Positions 54,410-64,000 of a stretch of 64,000 nt of DNA are shown here, piece after piece. Below the pieces are notes generated by a model. It saw nothing but the letters and a program-made list of their open reading frames with translations. It was not told the DNA's origin and searched no databases. The translations under genes and the position numbers were made by a program. The first letter of the stretch is position 1. The number at the start of each line of letters is the position of its first letter. Location of the stretch: contig NC_043008.1 in NCBI RefSeq assembly GCF_006345805.1, forward strand, positions 1,798,001 to 1,862,000, read 5' to 3'. Source of the DNA: Octopus sinensis (Eukaryota).

Positions 54410-56872
54410 ATTTGCATATATATTCATGTAACAAGATAAAAGTTTTAGAATGTCATATGTAGACGTACATATGAGAAAGAGAATGTTGGTAGAATTCTAG
54501 TAGCAATTGCAATTAGAGATTCCAAGGAGTGGGTGACAAGTAGAATGCCTAAAATTTTGAAGCAACGGGCGTGTTCTGTGGAGGCACCAAGATCATCACA
54601 GAAGCAATCTGAAGAGCACTTGTTTTTACTTAATTATAGTAAACTGCGAAACCTGCATCTGGCTACTGTTGCTATATTGTTGATAGATTATCGATTATGT
54701 CCTTCCTATTTTAATACACTGCTTTGCATAATGTGGTGTATTTTCTGTTTTGGAGAATTGTCGGCAGTATCAGAAACTGGCAATGAAAACCAGAGAAGTG
54801 ACATTGGGAAATGGAAGCAAATCTCATTTCTGTAGTGGAGATAATTATATTTTCTGATTTGTTTGGGGAATAAAATAACCTGTACGCTTTTTTGGAAGTT
54901 TGTGTTTCAAAATATATATTACGGATTTAAGGCATATTTCCATGAAATGTTACACCACATAATATATATCAGCAGAAGAGTTGAATTCATGAAAACAATG
55001 GATAGAAGAATCATCTCTATAACTGTGAGTGCCATACTGTTTGTAATCCTTTGGAAAATCGCGATAGCAATCCTAAACTGAAGGAGAATCTTGTCTAGTG
55101 AATAATTTGGGTGATTGACAGTCATTCAATTACGTACATTTTACATACTTGTGCCGGGCAATGCGAAGTATTCTGTGTATGTGATCATCACGCAGATCGA
55201 GGGGTTTCTGATCCTTTACAGTTGACAGTGGGTGCGATTAAAATGTGCTGACGTCAAAGTTTTATCTTTTCAAATTCCCTGTTTGATGAAAATTTTTTTG
55301 TGGTGGGGTGTGTAAAGTCATCTTTTCAGTCCTTGGCTACACTGCACGAACGATTTCTTTCAGTGAAAATGACAGGAGTAGAACACTGCTTAGCTTCTTA
55401 CGAAAGAGATATATCCTATCACAATATCGAAATATTTCCTGAGTTTCTCTCAAAGATTATTGGTTTGTATGTAACAAGAAACTACACAGCATATCTGTAC
55501 TGAAGGGTTTGAAAACATCTCATATTTCACTCGATATACATTGGAGAGAAGCATATGGGTGATCATCAATTAGTCTTCTTGCAAATTTTATTTTTGACAT
55601 TTTATTATAAATACTGATTAAAGCGTTTCCATGACGCAATGCATAAATCTGCATCCACATATGGCACCATCAAATCCGTTTTCTATAAGAAATAGTTTAA
55701 CTTCTGAATACATATTTCCATATATCATTACAAATGAATGTCATGTGAACACTTATAAGTTAATCTTTCTGTAAGAGTCATTTCTGACAAGACACTCTGT
55801 TGGGAAGTTAATAAAAATGTCTAAATAAGTTTTGTATGTCTCGGAATAATGCCAAATTTATTTCCTTGTGACGTAATAAAAGTATTGTCTAGACTCTGTG
55901 ATTATCTACATATATTTTCGTTGATATTGCACTAAAATTTCCTACAGTCTAATAAAGTATATAATTGATTTTTCCAAAATTGTCTGAATATTTCTGATGG
56001 CAATATGCGTTACGTAACTGGAATTTAGAGTTGCATTCACACAGTTAAATATAGTGTCACATTTGGTAGTTGAGGAATCATGAAACAGTTAAGCTAATGA
56101 ATGAAATACTGATATACTATCAGGGAAGGAAAAGAATGAAATATTCAAATTTTATAATGAGCCAATTATTCTTGTTATCATTAATCGTATGACTCCAGTT
56201 ATTAGAAAGACGAATATTCAAGTAATTTAGAATTCTTTTCTTGAATCTCAATTTGCGTCGAAAGGTACTGTAATTAAGAAGATCACATTTGCAGAAAATT
56301 ATATTGCATTTTAACTATTGTGAATTTATCAATGATTTTATACACCAACTGAAGTGTATTCAACTGAAAATGGGAATCTCATCGCATATTCAAGATTATT
56401 GTAAAGCTAATAACGACACTGATGAATATTAAATTTTTATTCCGGCTATCAAGGGAGACTTTACTCGGTTAACTGGCATGCATGCTAGAGTGATCAGACA
56501 AATTTCTGTTACAATGTACACAAAAGACTTACAAATCTCAAGGCAAACTTTGTCACTCACATATATATTCCGTGCATACATAAGCACACGCAAATATAGC
56601 CACTCACATATACACTCCGTGCATATATAGACACAAGTACACAAGCATATACGTATATATTTCGTTTCGGGATTTGTTTTGCAAGATTATGTATGTGAGT
56701 TCGTGTGTTAAAGCATATTCTGTTGTGTCTGGGGAGAGTCATTTTGTTTTTGTGACTTATCATTTAACACACGCGCTGGTGAAATTTCCATATGAAATAA
56801 GTGGAACTTTTTACTGGTGAGTGTGTTAAATTATAAAGCACAAAAAGAAATTGACACTCACCAGACACAATA

Positions 56873-56937
<65 letters not shown>

Positions 56938-57716
56938 ATATTATATATATATATAATATATATATGCATATATGTAAGCACATATACATACATACATATA
57001 TATATATACATATATATATATTATATATATATATACATATATATTGTATATAATTTTATAGATATATGTATGCACACACACACGCACACACTCATATATC
57101 TATATTTGCATAATATAAATAAAATGCTAAAATAACTATATTAAATCAAGGATTTATTTACAAATTACTGAACGTCAAGTACGCTTAAATACAAAAAAAC
57201 CTACATGTTTCGGAATCGCATTAAGGAGAAAAGCAAGAAGCAAAAACAATCTCAACAAACCTTTGAGCAAATGTTTCAAATCAAAAAGAATAATTAAAAT
57301 TTACAAAAACAGGTTATAAATGTTATATTAGTAACATTGCAATTTAGAATTAGCATCAAATATGTTCCGTACTTATAAGCACATACTACAATGACTTCCT
57401 CATTTGACAGCAAAAAGCTGCCACCAACATCTATCTATGTATCTATTGTTTTAGCGTCAGATATCACTATAGGTTCCTCATACATTCACAATACTTCCAT
57501 AGATATTTAATCATTAATTAATTTCAATCTGATTTATGCAGCAACTTGAAGATTCGTGGGGAGGATGTTTAAGATATGATTTATAAAATGTCCTTGACAA
57601 GAATCGTCAATCAATCTACTTTCACGACATCAGAAAATATTGCTTCAGATAAGCAATGTTGTTTCTCCTCTACTATCGTAAATATATAGCAAATATATAT
57701 ATATTAGTTCGAAACG

Positions 57717-57770
<54 letters not shown>

Positions 57771-58718
57771 ATATATATATATTAATATATATATTAATTC
57801 GAAATGTATTTGAAAACCACTATCTTAGCCTAAAGATGAAGATCATTAGCTTTATGCGCATAAACTATTCATTCTACGTTTAGCCAATACTAGAGCATGG
57901 CAATTTCATTGTTTTCAGTAAGCAAAATTTCAAATCCTAATAAGTTTTGCTGATAATGTTAACTGGAATCACTACAAACAAGTGTTGTCTTTGAAATATA
58001 TTTTGAACTTCCACGAATATTTCAACTCTAATTGATAAACACAATTTCAAAAGCCTGCAAACATGACTGACCCATAATTTATTTAGATATATTGCTTCTA
58101 ATATATATATATATATATATACACACATAATGTCCTTTAGTTGAAATTACGATATACTATGTAGAACACATTGTTATGTCGTCAACATATGTAACATGCC
58201 GCAGGATAATGCTGTAGATTGCGATATTCGTGATTAGCACTAGCATCAAAAATTATGGATTCAAAGATTGATAAATATAATTCTTTCAGTGCCTATAACA
58301 CATTTACTAATTACCAAATTCCTTTTATCGTCTGTAATACATTTACTAATTACCAAATTTTTTTTATTGTCAGGTGATTAATATGGAATTTAGAAACAGA
58401 ATCTTTTCTGAAAGCCGTCTATGGATAAAAGATTATTCATCATATTTCCTGAGGTTTGTCAACGCCTGAGGAAGAACAAAATCTTTTGTCCGTATGCAAT
58501 TTTCAAGTACAAATCTTCCGTCGAAGCTTAGCTACTGTTTTCTTTACATTTAGTATATAATGAACAAATCCTTCTCTTAAACGGTATTAATTTTGTACAA
58601 GTAACCAGAAGAATCAATATGTGGCTAATACCCATTATACGATTACCACTATATCTATAATTGAAATAATATCGAAATAATCTTTCATGAACGGTCTATG
58701 AGAACTTTCAAACGATCG

Positions 58719-59518
58719 AAACTACAGCCTGCACGCTGTGGACAAACCGTTCTGTTGCTCGCATCTAGTGTAATATATATATAGCATTCGGTGATTGCTA
58801 TATTATCGACAATGATATGAACAATTATTATTACCAATGCTTTGACAAAACTGGTGAAAAATCGGGACGAATTTCACGCCTGGTTTGTTCTGCCTCTTTC
58901 TGTTGTAATGTTTTATTTATCTCTGGGGAGATGTTTTATTAGTAAAATGTCGCCGAAATACTGTGAAGCTTACTAACAGTGTATAACAATTGTAATAAAT
59001 GTATGAATTAAAAATGTATTTCAGCAGATTCTTTTTTATTATAGAATTATGTTAGCTCAAAGCTAGATATCATACAAGGGATAACACTAAGTGAAATCAA
59101 ATATTTCGATCGTCGATTTCTATATCTTCGTCTCCAAAATAGTAAAGGATTATCGAAGTAGACAAGAGTTGAATGAAAAGTGATATAACTAATAAATATG
59201 TTGTCGAAACGAGCGTAATTAAGCACAGCCCTAGCAATTTCAGGAAACATTGTCGATTACATCGGTTATAGTTTATGATTGACCCCGCGAAGTAGGGAAT
59301 GCAAAGTTGGCATTAACAGGATTTGATCTTACAACAGAAAGAGGCAGAACAAACCAGGCGTGAAATTCGTCCCGATTTTTCACCAGTTTTGTCGAAGCAT
59401 TGGTCATAATAATTGTTCATATCATTGTCGATAATATAGCAATCACCGAATGCTATATATATATTACACTAGATGCGAGCAACAGAACGGTTTGTCCACA
59501 GCGTGCAGGCTGTAGTTT
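58719..59518. repeat. 190-bp inverted repeat (arms 58719-58908 and 59329-59518; 420-bp spacer)
   Basis: Base-by-base comparison by eye shows the arms are reverse complements with 2 mismatches. Confidence 0.95.
59253..59380 (-). mobile_element. Highly diverged Octopus-type SINE crossing the inner edge of the right inverted-repeat arm
   Basis: gtcgattacatcg...gacccc...gcaaagttggc...ggatttgatcttacaacagaaaga aligns loosely with the reverse complement of the 25430 family. Confidence 0.45.
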
Positions 59519-59800
59519 ATCCTCACCTTCATATCTGAGGAGTTTGTCACAAACTCGCATACTCGTTCAGTGGCACACCCACGTCAAGAGGTTTTGGAAG
59601 TTATGTGGTGCGATACGAATCTTCTATGGAGCAAACCAGTTACTTATATTCGATCGGCGAAATGTGTTTCACGGAGAATGTCGTCAAATTTCCCACCATT
59701 AATCGTGCCGATCATCTGAATGCGTCCAGTGTCCAACACATCTATTGTGAGCCCGTGCGCCTATACTGATACCCCATATCCTACTTTTTGCCTGCTCAAT
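59480..59800 (-). mobile_element. Possible mariner transposase N-terminal remnant
   Basis: DVLDTGRIQMIGTINGGKFDDILRE, TWV and RVCDKLLRYEGE have the spacing of mariner DxxRSGRP...KVxxLIxED, RWVP and RVxxCxxLLxRY. Confidence 0.3.
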
Positions 59801-60796
59801 CCGAATGTCTCTATTTATCGCAGTAATTTTTAGTGTCATTGCTCAAACACAGAGACTAATGCATGGCACCGAATGTTTCTATTAGCGGATCATTCACACA
59901 AACAGGAGAGCGAAGACAACCTCCAAAGTTTTTGTATTCACGTTCTCGAATGCTTCAGTGACCTAGGATAAGGGTTTGCACTTTCCGTTTTGATGTAGGG
60001 AAGTGCAGTTCAAACTTTTGGCTGGTTGGTGCCCATGTTTTTTTGCTGTTGTCATGAGGTTTTTACTGAGCTGGATTTTCTACGGAGAGTATGCCCCTGC
60101 TTACCATTAACCTGAGTTTCTAGACATCAGTGGTTCCGAGACAAGGCATCGACCATGATTTTTAAGAAATGTCGTTGAAAGCTAGCTCGGGAAGGCAGCG
60201 ATGATACTCCCTAAGATGCCTTTCGCATCATGCCTACCTTTGATTAATGAAATTCCGTAGTGACCGACGCGATGCGTAAATTTATTTAAATTTAGTGTTG
60301 TTGCTTTTCTTTCTGATGCGACTCAAGCGAAATTTTAGTTGACTTTATTTATTCGTCGTTAGTTGTGAAGAAGTTGTTAATACACGCTTTTCTTAGGTTT
60401 ATAATGTATAAAGTTCCACATATTCCAAAACGTAACCTACTTTTATCTATTTTTAGACAGTGTAATTGAGTTTAAATATAATATGGTAGTTATATTCTAG
60501 GATATAAACCACCGTTGACACCAGAGAATGTTTCGCCTTTACGTAGATAGCATTTGTATAGCAGGATTATCTCCAAAGCTTTCTGCAGGTTCAGTACGGC
60601 AGCAGAATGGTTTATTTTTACAGCAAAGATAATTATCACAGTGGATACACATCTGATAAAATTTTAGATACAAAAAACAAGAAACACATATACACATATA
60701 TTTGTGCATGTAGTATATATGTATGTATGTATCTATCTATCTGTATGTGTGTCTGTTTGTGTGTATTATCTACCTGCCTTTCTATCTATATCTCTT

Positions 60797-60841
<45 letters not shown>

Positions 60842-60914
60842 TTACCTCTCTCTATATATATATATCAGAGCAGTACATGCCATCTCTTTGATGGCATGCG
60901 CTGCTCTCTCACTC

Positions 60915-61050
60915 AATAATGATGACAATAATAATGATAATATTCCAACAACCACAACAACAACGATAATAATAATGATAATGATGATGATAATAATAAT
61001 AATAATAATAATAACAACAACAACAACAACAACAACAACAATAATAACAC

Positions 61051-61131
<81 letters not shown>

Positions 61132-61136
61132 TAATG
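60915..61136. repeat. Compound (AAT)n/(AAC)n/(GAT) microsatellite
   Basis: Directly visible. Confidence 0.95.
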
Positions 61137-61684
61137 ATGCAGTACCAGGCAGTGGCTCTCATGGCTTCTGATCTTAACTGATTGGAAGTGTTATTATGTA
61201 CATTGTTTTGTCTTGGTATAAAAGATGGGCTACAGCAAATATTCTGCTCAATACTACAGATTTGCTTGTCAGTTGTTTGACCTTAACCAGTTGAGCATGT
61301 CCCTTAGTGGCTGACGATATGTGCATATCTGATCACAAGCAGAAGTAGTGGGGGAGCATCATAGCCATGTGTTGAGAGGGATTCTTTGGGGTTTGAATAG
61401 TTCGCCTCTGGAAACATGGGTGGTTCTTTCAACATCCTTACACAACCCTTATTCAGAGACCGTTTGAGCGGGATGGGCTACTCAACCTGAAGAAAATTCT
61501 AACTGGGCCCCACCTGCAAGGTCATGTGCTGTTTATCTTGATATGAGATCACCATGTCGCGCACATATGGTTGTGATGCATGTGCCTGGTGTACCTTTAT
61601 CAGACGGGTAGTCATGATGGGTATATTGGGCTTCGTATATTTTACCCCAGTGTCGCCTTGATGGCATGAACTGCTCTCTCACTC
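61137..61684 (+). mobile_element. About 550-bp non-coding interspersed element embedded in (AAT)n
   Basis: Flanked by AAT tracts on both sides. Its 3' end (ttgatggcatg..ctgctctctcactc|aataat) recurs at 60888-60914. No ORF and no obvious tRNA boxes. Confidence 0.6.

Positions 61685-61732
<48 letters not shown>
61685..61732. repeat. (AAT)16 perfect tract
   Basis: Directly visible. Confidence 0.98.
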
Positions 61733-64000
61733 CCCGTCTTTTTCCCTTTCTTTTCGTTTCCTCCTCCGTATTTTATTCTCATTATTTCGAACTAATACAG
61801 ACACAGTAAGCCTTGAAGAAAGGAAGAGGAGGAAGGAAAAAAAAATGTCCGGAGATAAAACTATCAACAACAAAAATACAGACGAATATAGATCTGCTAG
61901 TCTTAAGAAGCGGCGCTATGAGCAATGCTTACATGTAGTGAACCCTAAACTGACAGATCCATCTCCTAATATAAGAATGATGCTCGTCATGCTTCAAGGT
62001 CAACAAATCAAACAATAAACGGCATTGGTCATTGCGCGGATTACAAAAGACCACGTACCCGAAAATTGAACCAAATCCTGATTGAAAAATCAGTTACTGG
62101 ATCAAATCTTCCCAACACACAGGAGCTGGACGAACCCCACAACCGGAATATTCCAACAGATGGCCATCCATGCTCATCACCAAATAATCAAAGAAAAAGA
62201 AGGAAAATGGTCTAGGGAAGATAATAAAGAAGTTCTTGAGGCCTTCTACCATGCCATATATTTCCCCACAGATAAGTCTAGCACTGTACAAGCATACTTA
62301 AACTGGAGACAGAAACCCCTGAAGTAAGACCCTACATAGACAGTAACAAGCTTGCCAATGTTAGAAGAAACATTATAAAAAAGAAATTACTGACTGAAGT
62401 AGAGATTGATCAGGTTAGATAAGCAATATCGGATAAAATGAACGAAGCTGCAGCTAGAGAAGATAATACAGAGGAAATGATTATAGACCAGCCCAGGGCG
62501 GATTAAAACGAGAGAGGATTGAAAGAGCTAGTATAAGTGATAGGCAAAGTGAAATACGCCCTGAACCAATCATAAACACTAAGACAGATGAGCATCAAAT
62601 AGATAAAGAAAGTCACACAAATATTGACCCAACAGAACTACATGGGCTAAACAATCAAATCACGATTGAATGGCTGAAAATTAAAGAAACCAGCATGGAT
62701 GAGCGTGATACACTTCCTAAAATCCGCAACTCTAACCAAAACATGAAAATAATTGGTAAAATCCGGCTTGCACTTAAGGATATAATTTCAGTTAATGATG
62801 TTGATATCACAAACCTCAACCACCTATACTATGCATCCGCGAAAATCTCAACGATCCTATGTGGTGTAAAGATTAGAAAACGGCAACAGTCCCACAAAAA
62901 GCCTTCTTGGCAAGAGCGTCTGCAACAACAAATTAAAATTTTTAGATCTGACATTGAATATTTGAAAAACCTTAAGGCTCACAAGACTACCAAACCTACA
63001 CAAACCCAAAAATTACTGAAAAAATACAATATGAAAACTATACTTGATATTGATACCACCATAGAAACCATCAAACAAAAGGTATCTGCCAAAGCTGCCC
63101 GCATAGCGAGGTATGAAAATTGTGTTAGATTTTTCAAGGACAACAACATGTTCAAAAATAACACCAAGAATTTTTACAGGAAGATAGGAAAAACAGCGTT
63201 TACTGCAGGGTCTGTACTATCAAAAGAAGAAGTGCAGAGATTTTGGAATAAAATCTGGGCAGAAGAAAAAACACACAACGAAAAGGCCCCCTGGATTGAC
63301 AGAATATCTACAGAACTGGACCCCTTAGAAGAGCAAAAGTGGGAGGGTGTCAAGTAGTAGAAGATATAAGATCTGCTCTCAGGAGGTCAAGCAAATGGAA
63401 GTCTCCAGGAAAGGATAAAATTCCTAACTTCTGGCTGAATGCCTTCCCAGAGAGCCATGAACTGCTAACAGAACTGTACAATGATGTTTTGCAACACCCT
63501 AGTAGGATGCCTCCTTGGCTAGTTAATGGGTTAACATTCCTGCTTCCAAAAAGTGAAGAAACAAATGAACCAAAAAACTATAGACCCATAACCTGCTTAA
63601 CAACTATGTACAAAATACTAACATCTGTCCTGACGGAATATACCTATAGTGTTTTAACAGACAGCAGCATATTCCCTAATGAACAGAAAGGATGTAAACG
63701 TGGATCCTACGGCTGTAAGACCAACAACTCATCAATAAGATGATCTTAGAAGATTGTCACAAACGACACACAAAACTTATCAAAGCCTGGATAGACTATA
63801 AAAAGGCTTTTGATAGCCTACCACATAGCTGGATTAGGAATGCCTTGAAATGTATAAGATAGCAGCAACTCTGCGAAACTTCTTGACTGTAAGTATGAGA
63901 TCATGGAGAACCACACTAACTCTGAACAGTGACAGTGAATCCCTAAATGCTGGTGATGTAAACATTTCGACTGGCATTTTCCAGGGTGAATCACTGTCAC
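61733..64000 (+). mobile_element. R4/Dong-type LINE, 5' half (N-terminus plus RT), disrupted; continues beyond the window
   Basis: KWSREDNKEVLEAFY; KPSWQERL; KWKSPGKDKIPNFWL; NYRPITCLTTMYKILT; EQKGCKRGSYGCK; AWIDYKKAFDSLPHSW; GIFQGESLS. Stops or frameshifts near 62325, 63357, 63720 and 63840. Confidence 0.92.

Noticed and set aside
62695-63743. 220-aa and 134-aa ORFs taken as host genes
   Set aside because: They are consecutive broken frames of the R4/Dong LINE ORF.

Overview
AT-rich, repeat-saturated eukaryotic DNA. The tRNA-derived SINE families and dense compound (TA)n/(TG)n/(ATGT)n/(AAT)n microsatellites match what I recall of Octopus genomes (inference, not a database result). No intact protein-coding gene is recognisable; most entries in the supplied ORF track are microsatellite translations or decayed transposon frames. 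The window reads as intergenic DNA or a large intron. It contains several R4/Dong-type LINE copies (RT plus restriction-like endonuclease), including one that starts at a (AAT)16 tract and runs off the right end; Tx1/L1-clade and RTE-clade LINE remnants; mariner-family remnants (one with both TIRs); and about a dozen SINEs. The most notable structures are a near-perfect 190-bp inverted duplication (58719-58908 / 59329-59518), a stack of retroelements in one (AAT)n tract (60867-64000), and a tail-to-tail rearranged Tx1 LINE (27250-28690). A few isolated exon-like segments are listed at low confidence, one with an Ig-like C-x13-W signature. I see no strong evidence of a new biological system. 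TE boundaries are approximate, read by eye.
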